64,000 nucleotides of DNA, taken from assembly GCA_050273025.1 (NCBI GenBank), contig CP158635.1, positions 12,958,001 through 13,022,000 on the forward strand, written 5' to 3'. Positions 10,901 to 24,959 of this stretch are shown here, one piece after another (the first letter of the stretch is position 1; every line of letters begins with the position of its first letter). Under the pieces are notes generated by a model that had not been told where the DNA came from, made no database searches, and saw only the letters and a list, made by a program, of their open reading frames with translations. A program made the position numbers and the translations under genes. The DNA is from Cenococcum geophilum (Eukaryota).

Positions 10901-13656
10901 AGGGGCGGCTGCTAGGGATATACTAGGGCGGATAAATCCTTTATTAAGGTGTTCGTTAATATACTTTTTTATAACTAGAAGTTCGTCTTTAGACATTAAG
11001 TAAGGTCTCTTATAAGGTAGCATTTTTCCTTATTTAATATTAATGGTATAGTTATTAGGTTAATATAGGGGGAGTATATCTACGCTCTTTTATAAGTATA
11101 TATTAATAAATAAAAATAGTACCTCTTAGGGAGGAGCTTATAGAGTTCCTTATTAGTAAATCCTTTTTTAAGCTTTATAAACTTCTTAAAGTCTAAAGGT
11201 GAAAGTCTATAAAGTTCTACAGAGGCGTTATCTTCTAAAAGGTTAACTATGTCTATTCTATTACTATAGAGGATATAGTCTTATTTTTTATTAAGCTTAT
11301 ATAGTTATAATCAGGAGGCTGTAATAACAGTCTAGCCTTTTCTACGTGCTATGCAGTAAAAGGCCGCGGCACTTATATAGTAGCAGTTAGTTATAGGTAG
11401 GGTAATAAGGGGTTTCTTAGGTTAATATTTTGATAAGTAAATAAAAGCGGCTAGGCTATGTCCTAGGTAAGTCTCTCTACAGTATTTAGAGTTAAATATT
11501 GCTTCTCTCTTTTTCTAGTTAATAGTAGGGTTATATTATTTAAGCTAGCTTATTCCAAGGATAATAGGGTAGTTAGTAAGTAGTATAATATAGGCCTAGA
11601 GCTCTTCCTGGTACCCGTTTATATTTAAGTAAAGTTATACTATATAAGTAATCTTCTATGTAGTAAAACTACCGTTAGCAAGTTATAGGGCGCGGGCTTT
11701 AGTAAGGGGTAAGGTAAGTAGGCTATAAGTGCGCATAAATTAGGTATCTATAAATTTATTAATAGCTCCGCAGTTAATTATAGAACAGCTTTTATATTAT
11801 TTTTCGGCAGAAGTTCCTATTATAGGTAAAACTATCTATTTCTATCCGTTTATCTTTACTAAGTTATCTATTAAGTAGGCCGATATATAGATCCCTCTAT
11901 TATTAGGGCGTCCTAACCCACAACTTAGGGTAGAATCTTAGCGGTTTCCGCTTCCGTATCCAATTTTACTGCTATTACTGCGTCTTTGTCTTATATAGTA
12001 GTGGCGCGTAGTAATATATTTAGTGTTTAGGGTATTAGATTAGGTATTAGGCGGCAAATACTAAACCTAGCTATTAGGCAGTTTAGGTTATTACAATAAC
12101 AGCCTTCTTAACGGCATTTATAGCAGCGTCCTAGTTTCTAAAGTAGCTCGCGCTCTCCATCTAGGAGTTTTTGCGGAAAGGTTAGTATAGAGAGGTTAAT
12201 ATTAGCTCTAGTAGTACTTAAGGTAGTAGGCGTTGGTAGCTTAGTATATATAGGTTTAGTAGGCCTAAAGGGCTTCTATAGAGAGGTCTTTAGGTAAGGG
12301 TTAGTAGTAGCAATCTAATTTAATTATTATTTAATCTTCTATAGGGCTGCTACCATTTTATAGATATTGTTGTAGTTATAGCTAGCGGCTGCGTAACTAA
12401 GGTAATAAGTAACTTTTTTAAGGAAATCCTCCTGGTCTTTAGTATTGTCTTAGGTAAGGGCTTTAGTATATTCCTAGAATTTAATATAAAACTTATTAAA
12501 TAATTTAGTAAGGTTTATCTTTAAGGCTTATAGTTTAGCTCAGTTAGTGGCTAGTAGGTTATAGTCGCGGTATATTAGGTTAAGATTATTAAGGACTTTT
12601 TAGTAAAACTGCCACTTCTAGGGGCTACTAGTCTCCTATTAGGCGAAGAGTCTATTAAATAGTATACCCTTTATTCGCCCGATAATATAGCCAATCTTAG
12701 TATCTTTTATAGGAAAAAGGTAGGCGCTTTAAGTTAGTTTTTTACGGATTTATATCTTCTAGTGGCTATATTCCTTGCGGTCTCCCTAAAAGACTAGCAG
12801 ATTAAGGTAGCGTGTATTAGACTTTATAGTGGCAGTTTAGGTCTAATTATTATAGCTTTTATTATCGCTACTTTAGTAGGGGTTCCTGTTAGGTAAAGCT
12901 GCTTAGCGCTAACCCTTTATTAAGTGTTAAGTAGGTGAAGTTACTGGGGGCGTAGAGACTTAGGTGGCGTTATATATAGTAAAGAGGTGTCTAGCATTAT
13001 TATAAATGTACTCATTAAGCTAAGATTATAAGTATTTAATTGTGCCTTCTTTTTTAGTAATTGTAGCAATTAGTATAATCTTATTCTTCTTTAACTATTA
13101 GACATCGCGTTTAGATACGCGGAGGTTGTCTTTAGTTTCTTAATATATATTGTCGGCGAGCGCCTTATAAGCTTATAGGTCTTAGATAATATCGTAATCT
13201 TAGATAGTATGTATCTTAGCTTGTATAAGTTTTAGGTAGTAGTTCTATAGAAGGCGGTAGTATTTATTAGGGTCTTATGCTACTATTTTTATAAACGTCT
13301 CAGCGTCTTATATTTCAATTTTAATGGGTAATAGCCCTTCCGTTTACTTGTCTATAGTTATATAGTTAATAAAAGATAAGATATTATTGGTGTCTATCTC
13401 TTTAGGGGTTAAGGCTAAGGCTAATAAATTAAATTCTCTTAGGATTAATTAGCGCTATAGGTTAAATATAGGTATTAAATTATTCTTTAGGTTTAATATA
13501 GTAGCTAGTAAGGAATATTATCTTACTATTATGGGTTCCTTAGAAGTATAAAGTAAGGTAATTTATAAATACGCTGCTTTTAGCAGCGCCTGCAGTATTA
13601 TAGAGACGTAGAATTGGTCGTAGGCTAAGCGTTAGTAGTAAAAAGGCGTAATGTAA

Positions 13657-13849
13657 TGTCACGGAACGAGGGCAGTGGCTATAGAGCGTATGTATTTAAG
13701 GAGTCTATAAGACGTTACGCAATTGATCGTAAGGGTTGAGGGCGTAAGGAGGTGATATACCTACGCGTAGCTGATATAAGCTGTACGCGAGGTATATGTA
13801 AGAGCACGGGGCTCTCCTATGGAGGCCCCTGTGGTGGGGTTCTGTGATA
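13657..13849 (-). repeat. 5' LTR of Gypsy B
   Basis: Direct repeat of 3371-3563, followed by TSD GGAAA. Confidence 0.95.
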
Positions 13850-14238
13850 GGAAAGCTATAAACGACCTATTACCTAGATAAAAGAACGAACCTCCCCTAC
13901 TAATTTAAGTTAGTGGCGATAATAAATAGGAGATTAAAGAAGTACTAGCCTATAAACTAGTAAGGAAAACGCTAAAGTACTATATTAGTTAGAAAGGCTA
14001 TAACCTAGACCCTACCTAGTACCCTATATAGAACTTTATTGGCAGTCCCTATAAGCTTTAAGAATTCTATAGCCGTTACCCTAATAAACTAGGACCCCTA
14101 AAGTACCTAGATAAGTAGATAGAGTACTAGTATAGCGAAGACAATAGGCTACCAGAAGAATATAAAGATAAGAACGCCCTGTAGGAGTAATACGGACATA
14201 TAAAGCCTAAGGGCAGGCTTTGCTAAAGGGGGGGGTAA

Positions 14239-14480
14239 TATTACGGAACTTGGCAGAACTTAGATGGCAGAACTTAGCAGAACTTCGCACTGGTAAGTTG
14301 CCACAGATTGCCGTATATTGTGGTTACGTGACGCGAAGATCTTATAAAATATTGAGCGGCGCTGCTCTTCTTTTTCTTTCCTTTCCCTAACTTTAGATTC
14401 TCGTTTATAAACAATCCAATCGCATAGGCTTGCGCGTCCCTCTTACTGTGCTCATGCCTCGATTGACTAAGTCGCTAACA
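14239..14480 (+). repeat. 3' LTR of Gypsy A (~242 bp)
   Basis: Follows the PPT, starts TATTAC (RIP form of TGTTAC) and ends ...GCTAACA. Its 3' end resembles the solo LTR at 7797-7979. Confidence 0.8.
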
Positions 14481-15040
14481 ATATTAATAGAGTTAAGGAT
14501 ATTAATAAGAACGCTAAGGGGGTCTTTTTTTACTATTCTCTAAGGAAACATTCTTTATTCTATATAGTAGAAGTTAATAAATAAGTAAGAAGATAATTTT
14601 TACTTGCTATCTTACCAGTACGTTCTCTTAATTATATTTATACCCGTCTTTATCTTATTTAAATATAATTAACTAAGTAATAAGATTAAGCGTATAAGCT
14701 GCGCACTAAATACGCTAATTATTCTTTTAAAATTAAAGATGGTAGCTAAATAATCTAAGTAGGTATTATTATTTCTAGTATTAATAATAATAAAATAGCT
14801 AAGACTCTCTTTGGTAACTTTAAAATAAGCTAGAACGTCGCCAATTACTACGGCGTATTTAATTTTAATATAGCGGCTAAGTTGCTCTAATAGAGTAATT
14901 AAGTAGTTAATAACTCTACCCTTATAATTAAGACAATAAATATAAACGCTAGTAAGTAAGTGCTTACTGCTGCCTATAGTCTAGCTATTAAATAAGAAGT
15001 AAAGCTTTAAGTAGGCGTTTATAAGTATAAGGGCGCGAAG
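14481..15040 (-). pseudogene. hAT-family DNA transposase fragment, interrupted by Gypsy A
   Basis: Minus translation KLYFLFNS*T (de-RIP KLHFSFDGWT), SYFIIINTRNNNT (GYF.IDNA.NND) and RI*CAAYTLNL (RIRCAAHTLNL): the hAT catalytic D, D and CxxH motifs in the right order. Confidence 0.8.
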
Positions 15041-15538
15041 AGGCTTTAGGGAAGATTTAAAGAAATAATATAAATTCTATCTAAATCTAAGGGTATATAG
15101 CTCTCGCTAAGAACAAGACGTTGCGTAAAGAAGAGAAAGGAATAACAAGAGAATTATATAATTAAATAGTCAGGGGCTTAGTAGTCAATGCGTGCGCATA
15201 TACGCATACGGTCTTCAACAGACTTTAATAAAATTTAATTAGTCTAGCAGAATTTAGTTAAAGCGTCGGAATTTATCTATTAAGTGTTTTACTAAGACAT
15301 TCCTACTATAACTAGGCTAGTCCTATTATAGTACCCCCCCTTTTAGCCAAAGGTCTAAATAATTCAATTTTAGTTAAGACTTATAACTTATCACGTATTA
15401 TATTTTCGCGTTAGGTAGTAGTATAGGGTTTTACCAATTCTATTATTAAATAGGCTAATTAGGATTTTCCATCCCCGGGATAAAAAATCGCTATTAATTT
15501 AGTTAAGGTAGTAAGTAAAACTAATATCTTTATAGTAG

Positions 15539-18500
15539 TGTAACGGAGCCTTGTAGTAGGAACTACGGTAGACTCGTTAATAGGCTAGGTATATAGGTGC
15601 TGTAGGAAGTTAACAACGTAATAACAACTAGTGGAGTGGTTGCCCAATAGATTAACTTTAATTGTATTCTAAGAATCACTATAAGGAAGGAACTATCTAG
15701 GTAGGGACTAAGGGTCCTTAAATATATAACTATACTTCTATGAAATCCTTCTTGTATATAAGGTACGTAAGGTACGTAAAGTATATAAAACGTTCCTTAT
15801 AGATCTTATAGAGCTTATAGAGCTTATTATATAACCTTAGTTACTATTCCTCGTTATATAGTTCTATCGGCTCTATCCTAGACTATGCTTGTATTAACCA
15901 ACTAGCTTCTTTTAACTCCTCTCCTAGTAGTTGTAATATTGTACTTAAAGCGTCTGTAACACTATCTCCCTCCTTTTTATCTTTATCCTTAAAGATACCT
16001 AGTATCTCTAGGTCATTTATTAGAGGTATAATGTCCATCTAATTAATTTGGTTAATATTATTACTTATTATACCTAAGGCTATTCCTTTTTCCTTAGCTA
16101 AGCGTCGGTCTCGTACTGTATCCGTTATATTATTACTAGGTAAGATTATGCCTTCCTATTCTTATTGAGCGAAAGAGGGGTTAGTTTATATTATAATTGT
16201 ATTACCTATTAACTAATAACCGTCCTCTTGTGCTGAGTGTATATAAGCAAATATGCGATCTTCTTGCGATATTCGTTCTGTTTCTAACGCTAAGTGTACG
16301 CGTCTTATTACTCTAAGTAGTCTTTAAGTACCCCTATTAATTGCTGCTAGGGTTTTAGGTTTAATCTACTACTATAAAGCTCAATAATAAATTGTTAGAG
16401 GCGCTAGCTAAGATTTATTAACTTTAATATACTAATAAGCTTTGTCTAACTTATATTTATAATAAGCTTTGTCTAACTTATATTTATAATAAGGAGCGTT
16501 ATATACTGGAGGCTCGTTAAAACGCTTATACTTATCTTCTTTGTCTTAAGAAAGTTTGTAAGAAGGTTCGTTCTAAGGAGTGGAAACTTATAAAATAAGA
16601 TTTACAGGAACTTAGTAATAAAAGAACGGATTCTCTTTTAATAGAGAAGGAAATAACTCTAAGTAGCTTAGTAATTATTCTTCCTATATCCCCCTTAGGT
16701 GGTTCATTTTTTGGCGATCCTTCTTTATTAATACTACTTAACCTTTTTTCTTTTAATACTCCTGTACCTTTTCTATAGCGTTTTTTAAATTTTCTAGTAG
16801 CTCCTAGGTAGTCTCATTATAGCCTATCCACTTTACTTTATACTATATTTTATTATTAACATCCTTATAGCTAATAATCTTTAAAACTTGCTATTTATCC
16901 TCTTCCTGTCCTTTATATATGTTTGCTTTATAGACTAGTAGCTTAATATTCCCGTATGCTAGCTCTAGTATTACGATGTGCTATATAGAATAGATCTTTA
17001 TTTTAGCTAGTAGGTTTAACTTAAACGTAACTAATAAAATTCTTTTTTTAATTTTAAAAGGTCCTAGTCTAACGTAATCTAACTGCTTACTTAGTTATTA
17101 ACTCTTAAAATTTTTATATAGTAGTTATACTTTATCTCCCTTCTTAAGATCTGGTCCCTTAGATCTCCTAGCGTTATAATACTTTTTTATTCTTTACTAT
17201 ACCACCTTTACTATTTCTGTAAGGTTTATATAAAGATTTATTAGTATCTCTATTTTTGCTTAGCTGTGCTACTTATTTTCTTTACTTATTGTGGTAATAG
17301 CGATATTCTTAGCTTATATCTATAATTCGCCTTAAATAGTAATATTCCTATTCCTTCTTAAGGTGTTATATTATATGCGAACTGTATAATTAGTAATAAT
17401 AATACCTAATTATTCTATATATAATTAATATAGTGTTTTAGATACTGTTCTAGTGTTTAATTTAATCTTTCTATTTAACCTTCTGTCTGCGGATAATATA
17501 TAGTAGAAGTTACTGCTTAAACTCCTTATTCCGCTAAGAATACCTTTTAAAATACTGCTATAAATCTTAGATCTCTATCTAATATAATTTTACTTAGTGC
17601 TCTATATCTTATAAATACTTCTTTAATATAAATTTTAGCGATATCTTCCGCTAAGATTTCTTTTGTATATGTTATAAAGTATCCCTACTTTATTAGCTTA
17701 TTTACTATTACTAAGATTGTGTTATAATCTTATTTAGTAATAGGATCTCTTAATTTTAGCAACTTTATAATAAAGTCCTATAATATAACCTCCTATAGTC
17801 TTCCTAGTATTTTAATAAGTTATAGCTTTCTATATAGCTTATATCTCATTAGTTTATTCCTTTAGTAATCTAGATATTTACTTATAACTTATCTTACTAG
17901 TCCCTAGATTTTATTAATAATGTACTTCTTTTAGAGTCTTAACACTAAGCCTATAGCTCTATTATATCCTTAAGTTAGTCCCTTATAAAATGACTTAATA
18001 AACTCTTTTATAATACTTTTAGGCATATACGTTACTTTTTAGTTTTTATACTACTCTAAGTCCTAATCCTCTATCTATATATCTTAGATCTTTTATAACT
18101 AGTTACTTTTTAGTAATTTATAGGTCTAACTAATTTCTCTTATTACTATAATTCTCGGATAATTGTATTTAATTAATCCATTTATATCCTTTTATAGTAA
18201 AGCCCCTAATAGCTTCTCCTTATTTTATAGTTTAGCCTTTCTACTTAGAGTATCTACTTGTGTATTATCTGTACCCTTAGTATACTAAATCTTAAAATGG
18301 TATTCTATAAGCATTTCTGCCTATTTAACTTATCTTTAGTTAAGTTTTTTGTTATTAGAAACCCCGTTACGTTTTTATAATCCGTTTTAACTATAAATAG
18401 CTTTTCTATACCTTATAAGAATGCTCTCTATTTTTAAAGTGTTATAACTATACCTAATAACTCCTTGTTATAGATGTTATAGTTTAGTTCTAATAGTGTT

Positions 18501-18945
18501 ATCTTCTAACTATAATATACTACTAGGTGCTATCCGTCCTTATATTTCTATAGGAAGTATACCCCTAGTATAAAGTTTAATGTATTTATTTTAATCACTG
18601 TCTTTAATTTTAGTTAGTAGATTTTAAGGATTAGGTCTTAAGTAAATAACTCCTTAACCTCCTTAAATAGTTTCCTTTGTTCTTCTCCCTATACTTAAGG
18701 TTCTTCTTTCTTTATTAACCTTATAAATAGCTTAATATTATTTAACTATTAAGTTATAAACCTTCTATAGTAATTATAAAACCCTAGAAATAACCTTAAC
18801 TATATAACGTTCTCTAGTTCTTACTAATTTACTATAGCCTTAATCTTTTTTAGATCTATACTAAGTCGGTTTAGTTTAATAATAAATTTAATAAAATCTG
18901 TCTTCTTAGTAAAGAATTTATATTTCTTAATTACTAGTTAAATAC
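15539..18945 (-). mobile_element. Gypsy/chromovirus D, 3' half only (3' LTR, chromodomain, integrase, RNase H, RT C-terminus), truncated at ~18945
   Basis: LTR 15539-15961 (TGTAAC...GTAACA) with adjacent PPT. Minus frame shows a chromodomain (YKVKWIGY), integrase, RNase H (YNIYNKELL) and the RT tail (IKKYKFFTKKTDF = IEKCEF), which stops abruptly. Confidence 0.88.
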
Positions 18946-19357
18946 ATGTAGTGGTGGGATTGCATCTGTTTTTGGGGGTTATTAGCCGCCGCTTTTAGCA
19001 GCGTTCTTACCTCGCTTAGACCCTATCACATCGCCGCTTTAAAGAAGCTCTGTTCGCTTAAGCACTTCCTATCCCTGCCCCGTCTATTATTCTAAAGGGG
19101 TTAGAAATGGGACACGAGCTTTAGTAAAGCTCGTCAGCGCTTATGTTAATTTAACAATAGCACAGCCTATATAAAAAGGCTAGCGTCTACTTAAAGAAAT
19201 GGCCTGCTTACCCTCTCCCTGCACTCTCTCCCTTTACTACCCTTATTCCACTTCCTCTTTTTTTCCCTTTACTATCCTTATTCTACTTCCTCTCTGGCGA
19301 TTTAATCCTTATCTATAATATTTACCTTACCTATTTAGCAAACTCGCCGTTGCTAGA

Positions 19358-21924
19358 ATAGTAGTACACCTATTAAAGTAGCTGCTCTGGCTTATAGGAC
19401 GGAGAGGAGAAGAGCACTCTACGCCGCCGCCGTTTATTAAAACTTAAATCCACAACTCTAAAGTCTAGACTCGGATATAGATACCAACCTAGATATATAT
19501 ATTCGTTTAGAAGATAGTATAGATTTAAATTCTAAAGAACTAGATATAGAATTAGATGCGGAGTTTAATACAGAGTTAGATGCGGGATTAGATGTGGAAT
19601 TAGACTCTAAAGCTAAGGAAATACTAAAAGACATTACTAAATTAGAAGAGGAGGGACCCGCGAAACTAAACTATACTTCTTATACTAAGAAACTATAAAA
19701 GAGGGAAGGCAAAATCTAGGAGATATAAATTATAAAAATTTCTACTAATTTGTTATTACACCCTCTAATTACTATAAACTAGGTACTGCTTAAAGATTAA
19801 AAAGAAAACCTAAAAAACCGTAGACGACTAGCTGCGTAAATGCGCCCTAATAGTATTTAAAGCATATCTCCGCTAGCGGAAGAGACATTTTTAAATTAAG
19901 AAGGAGAGCTTAATGCGGAGCTATTAGAAACAAATTAGCATATGCTATATAGACCTTATACGCCATAAGATGGACGGTGATGTCTTTAATAATGTTTACA
20001 ATATAAGTTCCTACCCCTCCTTTAAGGTAGGCTAATAGTTATAGAAGTGGATCCCAAGCCTTAAGCTTAATAAGTCTGTAAAGGAAAAGTATGCTATATT
20101 CGTCTAAGACCTTTATACTACCCTTTACGCTCTCTAGATTAACGATACTAAGCCACTCTATAGCTTTATTTAAGTCTAAATTTTGCTTCTTCTTTTACTT
20201 AGTGTAGCTATAGCTACAAGACTAGGCGCTCTAGTGGAAAGCGCTAGTACTAAAGGCAGCAATAAAGCCGTCTGGTTTAAGAATATTAACGTTATAGTTA
20301 TTTATAGTAAGAAACACTCTAATAAGAGTATGGTTATAGTAAATATAAACCTAGAATATATTAATAATATAGAAAAGAATAATAAACCGTAAGCTTTATA
20401 CTATATCTAAATAATATATCCTACTAACTATAAATCTATAAAAAGAAATTTACCTTCCGTCTAGAAGACCTTCCTATATTCTATATTATTTCGCATATCT
20501 TAGCTATTAGCGTTAGTTAAGACGCATTTTAAGATAACTTTACGAGTGTTTAAGATATCTTTAACCTTAAGGTATTGGCGTACCGCGAAGTGCTACGCGT
20601 TGGGTGGAAGGACAAAGTACTAAATTAGCTATTCTTCTGCGACGTTAGCTATATAACTAGGGGTGGCAATATTATAAAAGAAAAGGCCTTTCTATACGCT
20701 AAATACTATAACATATTTGTACGCCTAGGGCTTATTACTAGGTTTAAGGAGGTACTAGAGCTATACCAGCTATAACGGGCTTTAGGTAAAAACATTAACG
20801 GTAGAACCGCTTAATAATTACCTCTGGACCTAGTTATATATTAATTATATAGATAGACACTATTACTTTAGAAGAGCGGAACCAGACCATAGGCTATCTC
20901 GGTAGTAAGTATAAGAAGTATTATATATTAACGCATATTACACGTAATTACTAGAGCATCTATTTTAGAAGTCCTTTATAGGATCTCCTTATTAAATCTA
21001 TTATAAGAGTGGGGCTGTTATAAGATCGGCGAGCGCCTATAGAGCTTAATAATAACCAGCTAGAAGAAGTCCGTAATAACCCTAAGCTTAGAGCGCTTTA
21101 TAATAAACGAGAAGAATATAAAAACCTTATCTATAATAAAGGCCTCTACCCTATTACTAAGGCTAAAGGTACTAAATTATACTAGTAATATAAAGAGACT
21201 AAGTGGAATATTGGTATAATGTATTAAAGGTTATAGAGGGAACGATTAATAACCGCTATTCGCGAATTCTATAACTTAATTAACCTAATTAAGATAGCCA
21301 GTTAGCTTAGTAGGAAGGGCCTAACTAAGGTAGGAATTTAAACTTCTAAAGCGGGCTACTATTGCTAAAATACTCTTTACACCTTTTAAAAATAAAAAAG
21401 CCCGGGTTAAGTTTATTAAAAACCTAGCTTAACTATATTACTAAGAAGAAACAGCTTAATGTAAACCTTTAAAATAAAAGAAAATAGACTTTATTATCTT
21501 TAAAAACGAGAAAATATCTTATATACAAAAGCGAAAGGATATTAGTTTTAAGAGTACCTTAAATTACTAAACTCCTAATTATATGTCTCTAAAGGAAGAG
21601 TCGCCGGATAATAAATATTGTGGGACTATTTAATAAGAGCTTAGCACTTTAGACGCCGCTAAAGCTAAAACTATTTAGTTATATCCTATAAAGCTTCCCT
21701 ACCTAGTATACCTTATTTATATAGGCAATAATAGGTTCTTATATAAAAAACAGATGCGCTATATACTATAAAAAGACGTCCTAAAGAAGCATATAGAAAC
21801 CCACTTTTAACTCCCTAAATATTAGAGAGAGTTTTAATATCGCTACCCTAAATATTCCATTAATCTAAATAGTATAATGTATTTTAAGAGATATATATCT
21901 AATACGTATGGAGTATCTTACTAA
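19358..21924 (+). pseudogene. DUF3435 tyrosine recombinase (Starship captain), multi-exon, RIP-degenerate
   Basis: LLLLLSVAIATRLGALVESASTKGSNKAV (de-RIP TRPGALVES, catalytic R), LELYQL*RALGKNIN (YQLRRASG), ERNQTIGYLGSKYKKYY (MGH...Y), and a C-terminal Cys/His region KDVLKKHIETHF...C.HP.C...HFKRH...HGV. Confidence 0.9.
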
Positions 21925-24900
21925 TACACGCAGACTCCCCTTCTACTAGTATATATCGTAAGAGGAACGCATTATTATTACTATCTCTATATTTAAGATA
22001 ATAAGTAAAAAAAGAGAGGGAAGGGAAGAAGGGAGGAAGGTAGTAATAGGTAGCTCCTTCTCTCTTTAGTAATAGATTATATTATATTAAGAAGTTTTCC
22101 TTTAAAGAGAATTCTTAATTAAAAGAAGTAGTAAAAGAAGTAAGAGAGATAGGGGGTAACTTAGCCGCGAGAGTTTATAATAAGGTCCTCTTTATAGCGA
22201 AAGGTATTAGTATTACCACCTATTTACCGTCTATTCGGCACTTACTTATCGCCTATAATAAGTAGACAGCTTATATATAACGTTTATTACTTATCTAGTT
22301 CTTTATAGGAATTTTAATTGCTAATAAGCCAGTAAACTTAAATATATATTAGAAAGAAGAGCGGATTTATAACATAACTAAAACTAGCCTTATAATTTAA
22401 CGTAAATATATACCGCCCAAATAAGCAGATTGCCTCTTTTACTTTTATCTACTCCATATTCTAATAGCCTTAAATACCTTATAGTTCTTGTTTTAGGTTC
22501 TAGAATATCTTCCCCTTAAACTTTAAAGGACCTATAGATCTTGCTTTACGCCTTTAGCTTATACCACCTTAGCCTTACAGCCCTATACATACTAGGTTAA
22601 GGGATAGTCGCTTATAAATTAGCTTCCAGTTTTTACACTTTAGAAATTCTGTATATAGTTACCTATCCTATATATCTATTATACTAGAGACATATTAGAC
22701 GTATTAATTCGTTAATAGTAGTAATACTCTTACACTATTATAGGTATAATAAATATATAAGAGGGTTTAAGTAGTAGAGAATAGTATAATAAGACACAAT
22801 CTATATATATATATAAAAGAAAAGGGATATAAATATAAATATTTTTTTTAAAAAAAACAAAAGAAAGCAATATTCTAGGCAACCTAGACGGCTTAATAGA
22901 TATAAAAAGATCAACCTAGGGTTCGCTAGAAGGCCATATATACAGTTTATAAAAATCCTATTTAGCTCCAAGTAATAGAAACTAGTCGACACTAATAGAG
23001 GAGTAAGATATTAATTAGAGGCTTAAACTAAGTAGGATAAAGAAAATCTAAAACTTAATAAAACTAGCTAGCAACTATAATAATAGTATAGATTGCTATA
23101 ATAAGAACGCCTTTAAGCCAGTCTATTTTAGTGTTAGTTATAGTAGATTACCTATATAGAAAGGAAAACTTACTAGATTTACTATCCTAAATAAGATAAT
23201 TTACTAAAAGTACGGCAATAAATAAAATAGTAATTAGAAAGGTATTAAAATAAAGTGTTATATAATCCTAGCCTATAATCTAACTAAGTATAATAATAAA
23301 TAGGAGAACTAGAAGAGCGATTTGTATACTAAATCTAATAGTAATATTAATTGCTAGATTTATTTTATCCTTATAAGCTACTATAACCGCTATTACGTAC
23401 TTAGTAGCGTTCCTAATAATTAGAAGTAGGATAAGACCGATAAAAGTAGTAGAGATAGTGCCGCTTGCCATAATATTACTAATGCTATTAACTATAAACT
23501 TGGAATAGAAGGTAACCAATATAGTAGAGATTCTGAGGGTTAATATTACACCCTAGATTATTAATTAGGGCTCCTTAATCTTATTATTTTCCTTTTCTGC
23601 GTTTAAATCCTATATAGGCTGTTCTTAGTTTACTCTACCTCTAGATATAGCCGGTGCTCTAGCGCCGATCTATATAATACTATAGAGAGGTATACCCTAC
23701 TTATAGGAGGACCTACGCTTAGGAGCCCTTTGGCTTAGAGTATTATATATTTTAATATATAACTTTAATTAAAATATAAGGTAGCAAATATATATAATTA
23801 GGAGGATAATAGCTATTCTATAGGAAAGCTCTAGATTAAGTATAGAGCTATTAGGGCTCGTAGCTATATAGGTTAGTACCTATTATAGGTCTAAAGCTAT
23901 TATTAAACTTACTTAATAGCGTAGAGTAGAAGGCGGTTAGAATAATTAAACTACTAATATATAGAGCTAGAAGACCGGTCGTAGTACCTACTACTGTTAT
24001 ATTAAAATGTTATTCTACCTAGTTAATGCCTCTAAAGAAGAAGTATATACTAAGGATAAGGAGTAAGTTCAAAAGTATACTACTAATTAAGGAAGTTTTA
24101 ACAATAGTAATCTAGCCCTTAGTTAGGGCTAAAATAGAGATAATTAATTTAATAGTGTTTCTGCGCTAAATATTAAATAATATTAGGACAAATAAGAAGC
24201 GGAGAAATGTACCTAAAAGTTACGTTTAAAAGACTACCTAATATATTACTAGCGCGGAGCGTAATCTCTTTAGTAGTGTAATTAAGCATTACAATAAGCA
24301 GAATAACGGCAATAAAGTTAACGATAAATATAGTAATACTATTAACGTAAAGATAATTAACTACGAAGCTAACAGGAGCGGTAAGAAGAAGTATATTTAT
24401 CTATAAGCTAAATAAGACGGCATAAACCTAATCCTTAGTAGGTATATTACGCTTTAAAGCTACTTTTAGCCTTTCCTTTTTAATTATTAGCTTAAGATAT
24501 AAGGATCTTTGTAGGACTATACTAGCCTCTTTATTAGGTTATTTATCGTTAGGCCTTATCTAGGCTGCTTAATAGGCTTTTAAGAGTGTTGCTAAATTTA
24601 AATATACTATTATAAGCATAGTTTTTAATTTTTCCTATAAAGAGCATAACGGAGAAGGGCAATTTTATAGTTTAGAGGGTACCCATATATAGTAAAGACT
24701 AAGAAGTCTAATAGTACTTAGGCTAACACTAACACCTTAAATCCACAATAGTGTGTTTAGCTTTTTTTTATAGTTAATTTTACGAGTAAGGATCTAAAGC
24801 AAATTCCAAAATAGTTACTATAGAGGAAAGAAGGATTAATGTTAATAACTAGATAGAACGGCTAGTAAAAAAAAAGAAGGTAGAGTGTTCTAATAGATAA

Positions 24901-24959
24901 ATAATAAGTAAAAAGTAAACTAACTACTTATAGAAATAAGGACGTAGTAAAACATATAA

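Larger units (their letters stand above)
3371..13849 (-). mobile_element. Full-length Gypsy/chromovirus LTR retrotransposon B, nested in A, RIP-degenerate
   Basis: Two 193-bp LTRs (3371-3563, 13657-13849) with TSD AGAAA/GGAAA (one RIP-type change). PPT on the minus strand next to 3563. Minus-strand gag (~13400-11940) and pol (~11920-7985) with YLDNI at ~10555, RNase H, integrase and chromodomain. Confidence 0.95.
1..14480 (+). mobile_element. Gypsy/Ty3 chromovirus LTR retrotransposon A, RIP-degenerate; 5' part lies outside the window; split by element B at 3370/13850
   Basis: The + frame gives RT (SPILFAKK..GL.LCINYHKLN.IT.KDRYPLP, YLDNI at ~1238), RNase H (LETDA), integrase and GPY motifs up to 3370. 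The frame resumes after 13854 with a chromodomain. A purine-rich PPT (AAAGGGGGGGG, ~14225-14235) precedes the 3' LTR. Confidence 0.93.

Noticed and set aside
15325..15538. TATAGTACCCCCCC resembling a Tc1/pogo terminal inverted repeat
   Set aside because: No partner TIR or transposase found in the window.
16432..16492. 28-bp tandem duplication in the Gypsy D 3' region
   Set aside because: Ordinary slippage duplication with no further structure.
22000..24500. Possible small genes right after the captain, including ORFs 22801-22992 and 23280-23519
   Set aside because: Some coding-like texture, but too degraded to assign strand or family; the listed ORFs look like AT-rich chance frames.
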